From assembly GCF_009914755.1 (NCBI RefSeq), contig NC_060932.1: DNA of 64,000 nt. One strand, 5' to 3'. A program made the position numbers and the translations under genes. This document shows positions 1 to 14,789 of this stretch, piece by piece (positions within the stretch are counted from its first letter, which is position 1; the number at the start of each line of letters is the position of its first letter). Origin of the DNA: the human T2T-CHM13v2.0 reference genome, Homo sapiens. The notes under the pieces were generated by a model. That model made no database searches, was not told the DNA's origin, and worked only from the letters and a program-made list of their open reading frames with translations.

Positions 1-159
1 TTCATAACCAAGTACTGGGACTACTTTCAACTGAAACGTATAATCCTCCCAAAATTAAGATTTAAGATCATCCCCAGTGGTTCTCTTTTTATAGGCCTGA
101 ACCTAGCGGCTTACTGGATTTCTAGAGGAGGGAAAAGAGAAATCTCTTCTAAGCTGAAA

Positions 160-712
160 GCCACAGCTCCCTAAGTGTCTTCCCATCTCAGGTCTCACAA
201 TTTTCCACGCATACTACATACTGCTGCCAGACTGATCTTCCTAAAACGCAAATCGGGTCCGCCCTATCACTCTCATACTTAAATCCTCCAACCACTCTCC
301 AAGGCTTTCAGGACAAATAGATGCACAAGACCCTTCAGGATCTGGATTGCCTCTGCCTATCTGGACCATTTTCTTAACAGTCCATACACATCTGAACCAT
401 CCTGAACTACCTGTAGGTCTGCCAGTTCCCACCTGAAATGCCCAGCCATTCTTTTCTGCCTACCTATCTTTCATGACTCAGCCCAAGTTCATCAACTTGA
501 GAATGTTTTTCCCCAGGACAGTCTTCTATTCCCTCTGTCATATATGGAAGCCCTTTTCATAGATGTCCACAACACCGCAATAAAACACTGACTTATTAGG
601 CCTACTGTGACCACTGCACAGACATACGTCTATATACACATAAAGATATATACAAATCCTGGCATATATTATAGTAGGCACTCAAATACACGTGGAGTGA
701 ATGAATGAACTA
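160..712 (+). mobile_element. L2 3' fragment
   Basis: CTGCCAGACTGATCTTCCTAAAAC... ending TAGTAGGCACTCAAATA...TGAATGAATGAA, the L2 terminus. Confidence 0.6.
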
Positions 713-782
713 ACTAAATGAAAAAAGTGCCTACCACATTAGAATACAATAAAAAATCAGAGACCTAAAAATTCATGAAACA

Positions 783-1122
<340 letters not shown>

Positions 1123-1137
1123 CTAAAACTTATCTCT

Positions 1138-1430
1138 GGCTGGGCATGGTGGCTCACGTCTGTAATCCCAGCACTTTGGCAGGCCGAGGCGGGACACTTG
1201 AGGTTAGGTGTTCGAGACCAGCCTGGCCAATATGGCGAAACCAGGTCTCTACTAAAAATAAAAAAATTAGCCGGGTGCGGTGGCAACGCGCCTGTAGTCC
1301 CAGTTACTCAGGAGGTTGAGGCAGGAGAATCGCTTGAGCCCAGGAGGCAGAGGCTGCAGTGAGCCGAGGTCACGCCACTGTACTCAAGCCTGGGTGACAG
1401 AGTGAGACTGTCTCAAAAAAATAAATAAAT
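1138..1430 (+). mobile_element. Alu (S-type)
   Basis: Dimeric Alu consensus. Confidence 0.9.
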
Positions 1431-1714
1431 CAAACATCTCCAAGTTCAGTATGGAAACAATTTGCTGATGCATTTTACAGACGAAATCTTTCGATTCACC
1501 ACTACAACTCCTTAAGAGGAAAGGCTGAGGAAAATGTTACCAGATATAAAATTTGCTGTTTTTTTTTTTTTAATTATTACAACATGAAAGATCTTTACCA
1601 AGCAAGGTATTAAATTGTTCACAACAGTAATAATTTTTTTAAATTATGTATAAAATAAATCCCTAATTTCAAGAACTCTTTCAAACTCTAGAAAGAAGAA
1701 CTTAGAATTATAAC

Positions 1715-1798
1715 CTGAGTAATTCCAGTTAGACTGATGCAGAAATCAGACAGCTGTGTGTTAATCTCTGGTCTTACATACTGCTGAAACGTGTCTTC
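1715..1798 (-). CDS. ERI1: ERI1 coding exon 4 (EDTFQQYVRPEINTQLSDFCISLTGITQ)
   Basis: Not in the ORF track; translated by hand. CCCTTGCAG acceptor, CAG|GTTATA donor; 84 nt, phase 0/0; contains the LTGIT motif typical of DEDDh exonucleases. Confidence 0.95.
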
Positions 1799-2323
1799 CT
1801 GCAAGGGAAGGATAGCAAGTTAAAGTAATTTATATGAGTTAAGATACACGATACATGATACACGACGAATTCATCACAGCAGGTTGCAATTTCATAGGAT
1901 CTCACGGCATAAACCCTTCCAGTTTTTAAGAATAATTCCCCACATCGAAAGCACTCTTAATTTTTAAATTAAAAAATGAATTGGTTCATAATTTAAAATA
2001 TTTTACGATAAAGTGAGTGTGTGAAAGATTTCAACCCAAAATTTAATTATTTTCCTGAGGAACAAAATATTAATAATTTTGTTCATAATATTTTAAAACT
2101 ATAAAGCGCATTAATGCATCCTCTACTTCAAGATACTAAGTTTTAAAAATAATAAATTCTTTTGAAGAAATGCCAGCCTGCAGTTATAATAAATTAGCTT
2201 TAAACTATTTTTCTCTCATTTACTCCTGAATAGTCTTTATTTTCATATAAAAATCCAATTGAACTAAATTCTAAATAGTCAAAATTTAACTGTATGATAT
2301 ATAGGTAGTTTAAGAGTTGCTAA

Positions 2324-2620
<297 letters not shown>

Positions 2621-2933
2621 ACGATGGTCTTATTTTATGCTCACAACTCTGTAAACTAAGTGAGGCCAGTATTGTTATCAGGCTCCGATCTCTAAGTGCT
2701 TTTTCCTCTAGCCAGTAATGCCTCCCTAACCAGAACACACTGAGTCAATTTTGAGATTAAGGACAATTTTAAACCCTAAAGATTTAAAGGCAGCAACTGT
2801 TAATCCTAGGTGGTAGATATAGAGAAAATGACAAAAAATATTCTTCATGGCAGAAGATTTAAAAATTAAGAAAAGTTTGTATTTCCTAAGAATAAATTCT
2901 TTCTACCTACTAATCTATTAAGTGGATGAGCTA

Positions 2934-3320
<387 letters not shown>

Positions 3321-3699
3321 TTAGACACTCTTACCGGATACACTGCAACATTCCACTTAACTGCATATCACAGATAAATTAAGTCTATATCCTTTTAAGT
3401 ATCACTATTTTATCATTCTAAATGACATTCTTTCAAAAATATATTGCAACTTCCCTTATAATTATAATTCGGTAGTACTAAATAACAGATATTACTAAAA
3501 TGTTATTCGCTACTAAATACTTTTAACAGAAGAATGCTAGAGAGAACTATACATTCATTGGCCAAATCTTTAATCATCACTTAAATAAATTAGGTAAGTT
3601 AAAAGGTAGTAAGGGTTATTAAAACTAAAGGAACCTGGGTGCCTGTAATCCCAGCTACTCAGGAAGATAAAGTAGGAGACTCCCTTGAGCAAGCAAAGG

Positions 3700-5460
3700 A
3701 AAGTAGAGCAGTAAGGGGGGTCAGAAACATGGGCACAGGCCACACTCTTAAATAGGATAATCAAGTAGGCTTTATTTAGAGGTAAGATTTAAGGAAGGAC
3801 TGGAAGGAAAAACGGGAGGGAGGGAGAGAAGGAGAAAAACATCAGCCAGCAAGACTTCTGGCTAAGAAAACTGGAGCTAAAGTCCTGGCAAGTAATGGGA
3901 TAAAGCATGCCTGGCATTTTTGAGAATGAGCAAGCAGGTCAGTATGCCTGGAGTGGAATGAGTTAAGGAAAAGAGTAGTAAGACAGGAAACAATCAGAGG
4001 AAACAATAGGCCAGGTCATGTAAGGAATATTGGTTGTACTCTGAGTTAAATGAGGAGCCATTGCAGGGTTTTGAGCAGAGGGGTGAAATGACTTGTATTT
4101 TAAAAGGATTACTCTGGCCAGTTTTTTGAGAACTGGTTGTAGGCGGACACAGACAGAAACACAAAGACCAGTTAGGTGGCGAATGCAGTAAGTCACATAA
4201 ATGATAGAGGATCAGAATGAAGTCACAGCAGTTCAGTTAAGTGACTGGGTTCTGGATATATTTTGAAGGCAGAGCCAAACAGGAATCATTGATGACCTGG
4301 ATGTGAGAGAAACAAGAGTCAAAGATGACTCCAAAGTTTTTGAACTGAGCAATTAGAAGGATTCTAATTAGAAAAAGCTGCCATCCCCCAGGCTACAGGA
4401 GGCTAAAGATAGAATGGGCTGGGGTAAGTTCAAAAGGTTGAGACACTTAAGCAGAGATTTCAAATAAGCAATCTGGATTTGGAACGGGTTGGAAATATGT
4501 ATTTGAAAGTCACCAGCAAAGAGATAGCTTCTGAAAGCTATGGAACTAGATAAGATCATCAAGCGAAAGGATGTAAGCAGAGAAGAGGATGTAAGCAGAG
4601 AACGGGGGCTAGGATTGAGACCTGGGTCATCTGATATGGGGAAGCTGGGAAGGAAAGGAGGAACCAGCAAAGAAAACTGCAAGTGGGGAATCCAGTAGGG
4701 CTGGAGAAAAATCAAGCAGAACAAGTTATACCTGAAGAAAATGCTCCAAGGAAAGAGTATTCAAGCCAGCAGTGCGGTGTTAATTTTTTTTTTTTTTTTT
4801 TTAAGTGAGAATGGCCGGGCATGGTGGCTCACGCCTGTAATCCTAGCACTTGGGGAACCTGAGGCAGGTGGATTGCCTGAGCTCAGGAGTTTGAAACCAG
4901 CCTGCGCAACATGATGAAACCCTGTCTCTACTAAAATACAAAAAATTAGCCGGGCGTGGTGACACACACCTGTATTCCCAGCTACTCAGGAGGCTGAGGC
5001 AGGAGAGCTGCTCGAACCCAGGAGGTGGAGGTTGCAGTCAGCTGGGTTTGCACCACTGCACTCAAGTCTGGGTACAAGACTCTATCTTAAAAAAGAAAAA
5101 AAAAAAGTGAGAATGGTCAATTTTGCCAGGAGTTAGGGTAAAGGTCAAAGATGATGTTGATGAGTGATTTTAGTGGAATGATGGGATTGAATACACAGCT
5201 TACTTTATTGAAGGTTATGGTATAAATTTGAGAGAATGGAAGAAAAGGAAAGAGATACACATATAAGTACCTATAACTTAAGTGAAGAATTTTCCCAAAA
5301 AGAGGAACAAAGAAATGCAGTAGCTGGCAGTGAAGTGGGATGAAGTTTTTACACAGTGTGAAAAATATAACATGTTTTTGTGTAGTGGGAGCAATATAGA
5401 CAAAAGCAATAAATCATAATGTCCAAATGAGGGAGAACTGCTACAGTAACGTCCTTGAGT
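3700..5460 (-). mobile_element. L2 fragment interrupted by Alu 4813-5106
   Basis: GGAGCCATTGCAGGGTTTTGAGCAGAGG...TTTTAAAAGGATTACTCTGGC and related L2 motifs. Confidence 0.65.
4813..5106 (+). mobile_element. Alu (S-type)
   Basis: TSD AAGTGAGAAT at 4803-4812 / 5105-5114. Confidence 0.9.
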
Positions 5461-5948
5461 AAGAGAGAAGTAAAATCTAGTGACTTATGCAAGATTATTT
5501 GCCTTCATAGCTGCCATTTTTCCTTCTAATTTACTGACCTTCAATCTGCTTTGGATAAGAAAATTATAGAAATAGGCTAAGACTATAACTAAAAGAGATT
5601 TTGAATAGCACTAATAACCTATGCATTTTAATTCACAAAACCTTTTTATACTTACTCCCAAGTGGGTTGGTAGCAACTGAGGATATCACAGAAGTGACTT
5701 TTGGAAAGTTGAGATGTTAGGATATTCTTGCTCAGATTTTATAAGGTAAACAGTATTATTTTAGGGAATTCCTACTAGACTTTCTTAACTAATAAAGCAC
5801 TGACAAGTATCTAAAGCACACATATTATTTGGCTTAGAAACCAGGGTTATATGAGTCATTTCACCCTTAAACTTTCCACCAGAGAGAGAGGTTCAAAAGT
5901 CATTTTTGTAAATTATCATTCTTAGAGATCAGAGTTCACACTAGGCCA

Positions 5949-6130
5949 CAGTGGTGGTTATCAAGCCTGACTGCATATTAAAACCAACTGAAAAGCTTCA
6001 AAAAAATGCTGATGTCAGAGGCCCTATCAGAGAACTAAATTAGAATCTCTGGGACTAGGGCCAGGCATCAGTATCATTAGTGTTTTCTTTATTTTTTTAC
6101 TTACCAGGAGATTCTGATGTCCACACCCAG
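5949..6130. mobile_element. MER5-type hAT MITE
   Basis: CAGTGGT...ACTGCATATTA...AAATTAGAATCTCTGGG...CCAGGAGATTCTGATGT. Confidence 0.6.
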
Positions 6131-6373
6131 ATGTTCTAAGCAAATGGAAAACAACATTTTAACTTCCGCTACTGCAAAAAGAAAGCAGTAGTCTCTAAAA
6201 TTGCTTTGTTACAGCTTTTCTATTAATCAAGCTGATATAAAGTTCATGGCAAAGAAAAAACTTACTTTAGAAGTCTAATTCTGGCTAAAAAGCAAATGAG
6301 GTCCTCCACATAACCAGTAAACACCAGAATAGTTGCTGCTAGAAATACAATTAAAATATAAAAATTCACTTAC

Positions 6374-6584
6374 TATTTCTAAAGTATGCGTATTCAGTAA
6401 AACAACCGGAAATTCAATTATTTCATGTACAAACTCCGGTGGGTTTCCTTCTTCACAAGTGGCTTCAAAGTCAATAATACAAATGTAGTCATAATAACTG
6501 TCAGCAAAATTGCTCTCTTTCAGCATCAGCTTCTGCTTCTTATAATAGTTTTTCAGTCTCTTCTTTAGAACATCCTTTACTCCT
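6374..6584 (-). CDS. ERI1: ERI1 coding exon 3 (RGVKDVLKKRLKNYYKKQKLMLKESNFADSYYDYICIIDFEATCEEGNPPEFVHEIIEFPVVLLNTHTLEI; end of SAP domain and Exo I motif IIDFEAT of the DEDDh nuclease)
   Basis: Within ORF 6275..6649. TTCTACTTAG acceptor and ATA|GTAAGT donor; 211 nt; phase-2 join AG|A gives Arg. Confidence 0.97.
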
Positions 6585-8059
6585 CTAAGTAGAAGAAGAA
6601 GACTAGTTACACTTAGGTAAATTCTACAGTCAAGAATCAAAACTCTCACCTGCTGGCACTGGGCTGAACACTGACAATCACAGCGAAATTTAGCAAATGC
6701 TAGCTAAAATAAATGTAAGAAAAGCAAGACTCAAAGCTAAGTTAGCAAAGAACTAATTAAAATAATATGTTTATTACAACATTAACATTTTCCTTCACAA
6801 GTCTTTTTTTATTTTAGTAGTATATAACAGTATTTTCTCCAACATATACTGGTACTTCAAACCATAAACACTGTCAGCATATACTACCAACACAGTCGTC
6901 ATACTGCCTTATATACTAAGATAACATATATGATACAAACATTGAAATTAATATAAAATTATTCCACTGGCCAAAATATAAACTTAAGAATATAAAAATT
7001 TGGGTTAAGTTGAAAATATCGTATTATCTCTTTCCTTTCTTTTGGCTTTTGTAGGTTAGTCAACTCAAAAGATTCATATGAATATGAAAGCATTATGAGC
7101 CTAGCATATAAAGGTGAATGTCTGTTGGCTACTTAACAAGGAAAACTCAATTAGAATACACTCTAAGTAAACTGTCCAAAGGAGCATTATCACACTAGTA
7201 GGTTCTTAACTAGAAATAAGTTTCTTAATTTATCATGGGTAGAATATGATTTAGGGGATTTCAATATTATAGGTAGCTTTAAAATATACATTCCACAAAT
7301 GGAGTAGTGGGGAGGAGAGAAAGGTCATCCTAACAGATAACAGTGATCAGGTAACTTCATTCTTTAAACAATATGTATTTTTCCAAAAAATTAAGTTGCA
7401 ACCAGCATTCAGGCTTCCTTCAGCGTTATATAAATGAATCCTATATTGGCCTGCAAATATGAAATGGAAGTAAAAATAAAAAGATCTAAATTATAATTAA
7501 TGTGTAGTGCCAAGTAAAGTATCATGTTAACTGATTAATGACTATTTAAAAAAAACCTTTTTAGTCTTTTATTTTCCTTTCTAAAATACAATTAAGCACT
7601 GAAAAAAATCCTACCCATGAAAATAGTAATAATCAACCAGTTAGCTTTTTTAAGATGAAATGTCTTAATATTGTTTCTTTGCTTGAGATTTTCAAAATTA
7701 TCAAGACCTACGGAGAAAATCCTTAACCTCTTTCATATTAAGGCACTGTGAGTGACCTCTGTGTCATGTGACAGCTTTGGATTACTTTCTTTTTTTATCT
7801 TTTTATTGGTTGTTATTGTTGTGGGGTGGGAGGTGTGATAGGGGGAGAGACTACATTTACCAGAGTTGTCTGCAAAGCTAATGGCAGGACAAACATACAA
7901 CTAGTTGCTCTGGATAGAAACCTGCTATCTTTAACATCTCCTTTGCTCTTCCAAATATTCACCATGTTTGTCAATTCTAACTCAGAAACATATTCAGAAT
8001 ATGATTCTCTCTAATTCTTTCTGCTATGGCTCTCATTAGCTTCGTTGAGCATGGCAAAT

Positions 8060-8975
<916 letters not shown>

Positions 8976-9977
8976 GTATAAACATACATCTAGATCGCTA
9001 GCTCCCACGCAAGCCAGGAGTAAGCAACTGATCTTCACACCTGGGAAGGACAAAAATTTTGCTCGGAAAATCTTCTGTAGGCTACAAGTTGTACCTTCAT
9101 AACAGAAAGAATCGGGGAAATAGGAGTCAAAAATTTCTTCATACATTATGATGTAGACAATCTAGAAATTAATAAATTTGTGCTCTTTTGAAGAGTGGTG
9201 AAACTCTAAAGAGGAAGAATACTACTATTAAGAGAATTATGATTCAGAGATGTCTTGAAAAAGGAAGAGTTTTTACCTATTTCATACAGGCAATTTTTTT
9301 TCTTGATGCCTGGCAGTTCTACCGTTTATCAAAAATCGATGTATTTTTCTGGACTCCAAAAGCCATTTCTGCCCCATGGCCCAATGAACGTAAAGTGATT
9401 TGTTTCGCAAAAAATTACTAAAAACTTAGGTATGTGTATATCTCATTAAAATACACATACAGTTGACTAAGTTGCATTGTTTTCTCACTCAATATACAGT
9501 GAAACATAATGCAAACGATCATTGTAGATTATTTTTTAGAAATTAAAACAAAAAATATTCCTGCTAAGTGAATGTTTTTAATTTATTGTACCTGATTTCA
9601 AACAAACTCTTTTTATAAAAGATACAAATGGCAAAAAGAAAATAAAAAATACTCTATCTCACTAATATAACTATCCATCATTTAAATGAGCAACTAAAAA
9701 AATTTAAAACACACTTGTCATAATAAGACAGAGACTCCTATACATTGCCGGTAGGTCATTAAAATATTTGACTTTGATTCAGCAGTCCTATCATCTAGAA
9801 GACAGACAAAAATAATCAGAGTTGCACATAAAAAATGTTAATTAGTTTTTGTGAACTGTTAATAGGATCATGTCATTACGGTAGGATTACAGATGATTTT
9901 TAATATTTCAATGTTTTCAAGATTTTCTAAAATGAGCATGTACTACTTTTATAATTTTATAAGTTATTTTTAATTAC

Positions 9978-10156
9978 CTAGTTTCAAGCTTGAATTCTGA
10001 AAGCTTAGCTCTGAGTTCTTCCTTACTCATTCTATTAATACAGCCATTCGTAATGGCAATCTCTTTGTAAACCGGGTCACTGAAGTCACTCGCACTGGAG
10101 GTAATGAACTTGGATCCTTTTGTCTCCTGGCCATCAAATTTACACTGTTGAGTTTC
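9978..10156 (-). CDS. ERI1: ERI1 coding exon 2 (ETQQCKFDGQETKGSKFITSSASDFSDPVYKEIAITNGCINRMSKEELRAKLSEFKLET+AG; start of SAP domain)
   Basis: T26-GGTAG acceptor and AG|GTAATT donor; 179 nt; frame continuous with exon 1. Hand translation matches ERI1 (the ORF track shows only the wrong frame here). Confidence 0.96.
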
Positions 10157-10161
10157 CTACC

Positions 10162-10187
10162 AAAAAAAAAAAAAAAAAAAAAAAAAA
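10162..10187. repeat. A26 mononucleotide run (T26 polypyrimidine tract of ERI1 exon 2 acceptor)
   Basis: Counted directly. Confidence 0.95.
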
Positions 10188-10439
10188 GGATGTAGTTTAT
10201 AATTAGTACAAACATCACAGATTTAAAGATTCAAACTTTCAAACTTCTGAAGCCTCTTCATGCTACATGTTCAATGAAAAGTGTTCACTGCAGCTCCTAA
10301 ACGGAGGAAAGGATAAGAAGGAAGATGCGTCTCCAATACAATTTACCCCACTCTATTATGAGTCATGAGGTTCCTCAAAGGAAACAAAGCTAAGTAAAAA
10401 GAAGACTGGTGGTGGGAGTCAACACCACCTCAATAGAGA

Positions 10440-10640
10440 ACCCCAGCTGACTATTTACTAGAAATAGCAGCATGACTTTGGATAGCTACGTATTAGCCTC
10501 TGATCCTCAATTTCCTTATCTATAAAATGGTAATTTGGTAATGGTAAATAGTGTTTGGGCAGAATTATTACAAAGATTAAATGAGATTATGTGTATCAGA
10601 CCCCTACACCCACAGTAGCTATTAATAAATGGTAACTATT
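10440..10640 (+). mobile_element. MIR
   Basis: CCTCAATTTCCTTATCTATAAAATGG core and AGATTAAATGAGAT. Confidence 0.65.
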
Positions 10641-12329
10641 AATATCACAGGCTATACAACAAGCCCTTCACAAACAATATGCTAATATTTACAAATGAAC
10701 CCATTTTTAAATGAACTTTTACATTATACATGTGTAATAACTTCTGATAATTTTTTAACCTGACTTCATTTCACAAAGTTAACAAAAATTGCCCAACACA
10801 AAAACAAAATGGACCGCAAATCTAATTTACAGCTTCCTAGTACTCAAAGAAGGAAATGTATTTAATTTCAAAACTTACATTTTCCAAAAGTTGTACTTAG
10901 GTCCACTAACCAGAAGAACTATAGAATTATGAATTTTTTCATAAATAAAAATCTGTTAAGAAAAAACATGACTCAATTCTATTTTCTCCACAGGCAGTCT
11001 CAAATTACTAATATGTTAAGTTCCAAAGATTCATTTGTAAGTTATTTTCCACATGCAATATCACAAATATTAGCTATGTTCCATAATTTTGAAAAATATT
11101 TAGTACTAATTATCCCTATTAAAGCTTGTTACCTTAGTTATAATGTACCACATTGTCCTCACGTAAACTGTAATTATAGATCAAGGAAGGATAATCACAG
11201 AGAGGCCACAGTCCCTAACTCAGAACTGATCCTGATGGTTCAGGAACCATTTCTTACTCTAAGCTCTCAATTTAACGCAACACACATTTACTGGAAATGT
11301 AATGCTAGGTAAGGTGCCAGAGTACTCAAGAGTGACTCACCCATTTCCTTTGAGGAAGAGGTCAGCAGTTCCAATGTGTGAACTGTCCATAAATTAAAGA
11401 ACAGCCACACTGAGGTTCCTTGTTAACAATGTTAAGGAAAAAAAAAGTATTGCTAGTTGACCAATGATTCACTTTCAACAATATATTAGATTTACAATAG
11501 ATATTGCTCTGCTTGACCAGAATTTTACAAAAAATTATCTTTTGACTTTAAATTTACATTGAATTTGAAACTTCATCTTTAGTCATCATTTAGTAAATTT
11601 CAGGTTAAAATTTAGGTCAACATTAAGTAACAGTTTGTCTACCAAAACAGATGTCTCAGTTAATTTAAGCAGATTTTCTCTTTGGATAAATCCTCTTTCT
11701 GATTCACTGGTTAATTCTCATCCTAAACTGTAGCTAGAAAAATTATTCACAAGTAACACTTAGGCCTCTTCTATAGATGCTATAAATTATGACTTCCATA
11801 AAGAAAAATTTGCTTCCTTTCCTAGGTCCAGCTCTAGTTCTCTTCCTTCAGTGAAGTTCTAGAGACAGCCGAGGTCCAATCCTCAGAAAGCAGTGTCTCC
11901 TCCCAAATTTCAAATCTACACTAATGGTTCACAAAGAAGGATGCTCAAATCAATCTGCCAAGGAGCAGAAAGAAAATACTAAAAACCCTACTTGTATTGT
12001 TAATCTGCAGAAAGACAAAATTAGTTTACGAAATACATACTTACATTTGCATCAGCATCCGTACCAGTAACTACATCCACCTATCACATGTCACATATAA
12101 TACGGACCATATAATGAGAAAAGTGATAGATTCCACAATATGGAGAGAAACATTCACCATCACAGAACTGTAACATTTTGCAATATTCACGTATTCAATT
12201 AAGTGGATGTATGGTTTATATTATCTCAAATAAGAGAAGCTTTTACATTATGGGATGTGGCCATGAAAATCTTCTATACCAAACAGAGGTTTACTATCTT
12301 GTGGCAAACTACTTTAAAACTGTCGTTGA

Positions 12330-12615
12330 GGCCGGGCGCGTTGGCTCACGCCTGTAATCCCAGCACTTTGGGAGGCCGAGGCGGGCGGATAACGAGGTCA
12401 GGAGATAGAGACCACGGTGAAACCCCGTCTCTACTAAAAATACAAAAAATTAGCCGGGCGGGCGCCTGTAGTCCCAGCTACTCAGGAGGCTGAGGCAGGA
12501 GAATGGCGTGAACCCGTGAGGCGGAGCTTGCAGCGAGCCGAGACTGAGCCGCTGCACTCCAGCCTGGGCAACAGAGAGAGACTCCCTCTCAAAAAAAAAA
12601 AAAAAAAACATAAAA
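12330..12615 (+). mobile_element. Young AluY with 12-bp left-arm deletion (AluYc/Yd type)
   Basis: CpG-rich; GAGACC^ACGGTGAAACCCCG; TSD AAAACTGTYGTTGA. Confidence 0.88.
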
Positions 12616-13095
12616 AAACTGTTGTTGAACTTAAAGATGAGTTACAAATTTTCTTTTACAAAAAGACAGGTATTCTATAATTGCTGTCCTCTTCTTATTG
12701 GGAAGGGTACCGGAGCTTGATTTTTAGCATTTTTTTAAAGGAACACAATCTGTTGTTGCAAGAAAAAAGAAAACACATTTTAACAGTAAGCTACAAAGTA
12801 ACTGCTTGTCAAATAAAACTTTTTCTGTATAGAGAACATTTTGAAAACATGTTCTGGAAATGCTATTATTCTGCTGCCAAAAATCTAGGTACTACCTTTT
12901 AAAAAAAGAAAAGGAAAACCTCTGCATCTGCACACTGAAAAAAAACTTAGAATTTTTCTTGATTGACGTTCTTCCAAAAGGAGAGTTCTGATGAAATCTG
13001 AACCTACTTATTAAAAATATAAATATGCAATAGCTTCTACTAGTTTACAAAGACAACTAGCATTAGAGATAATGGAAATTTACCACCTGAATTCA

Positions 13096-13606
<511 letters not shown>

Positions 13607-14789
13607 TTGTAAAAAAAAAAAAAAAAAAAAAAGTATCACTATAAAGAGCATGCAACAGTAAGTTTTTAACAATTACTACCGTCACTAAAGCCAATTTGGA
13701 ACAGAGACCTAGGCCTTAAGTAGCTGTAAAAGTGTCAAGACTTTCAAATATAAAGAAGCATATTCAAACACACTTCTTTTACTAAAAATAAACTTCGAAA
13801 TTTATTTTAAAACCCACTTACAGGATGAGATTGACAACGTATCTCAGGCTGAAGAGGGAGGCAGGTGGAAGAGTGGTTCTTTACAAGAGAAGGGATGTGC
13901 AAGTACTCTTTGAAATAACAACCTTAGAAGGAGAAAGATAATTGCAAGGATCCAAAGGAAGTGCACACAGGGCAAAAGGAACATACAGAGATCCTTAACG
14001 AGACCTTCTTTCCAATGTCAAAGAACACAAGGCAGCGAGGGGCACTGGGAACAAAAGGGAAAAAACTGTGTGAGATGCAATTACCAAGGGAGGCAGGCAC
14101 CCGACCCCGCAGAGCAGCAAATGGAAGTGACTCAGGAGGGGAATAAGCCAAATTCATGTTATTGAAAAGCTCATTCTAGCTGCCAGATGGAAACTGATTG
14201 TGGACGGAAGGAGCAAGAGTTAGGAGGCCTCTTGCAAATACGCACTTTATGAAGCTTTACGAAGTGTTCAACATGTTTATTATTAGGAAAAGATCAATTT
14301 TAGTATTCAATCACTTACAATCCGCAGCGCTAGTCAACAATTAACATTCGTTAAATAAGTTTTAAGACTGTTCTACAAGTTTGCCACTGTAACTAAGTTC
14401 AACCGATGAGATGTCAAAATGATTCATTCAATCTTATACTATGTTTATATGAGACACCAGTTAATGAGCAAAAGCAGCTAAGACGAAGCTCCACTTAACA
14501 GGTACAGAGACAGGGATGCTGGTGAGTGCTTTTTAAATTTTTTCTTTTTTTAAAAACAGGCATGAAGTGACATACCTAGGGTATATGGTGAGATTTTAAA
14601 AACATAAAGCCTTGCAAATTACCCATAACGGCTACGTGGAGTGACAACAGCAACCGTGAACACAGAATTAAGTTTAAAGCAAAACTCCCTCTTAGAACCT
14701 GTTAACCCACTGTAGACAGAACTGGTCTTGACGATTTCCTCCCTCCCAGAGAGTGATTCGGCCCTGAGGGGGCTCCAAGACACCCACCC

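Noticed and set aside
4568-4602. 18-bp tandem duplication (a similar 16-bp one lies at 50001-50032)
   Set aside because: Ordinary slippage duplications inside old LINE remnants.
9041-9161. Possible 121-nt cryptic exon in ERI1 intron 2 (TTTCTAG ... CAG|GTGTGA)
   Set aside because: Weak polypyrimidine tract; such site pairs arise by chance and there is no supporting evidence.
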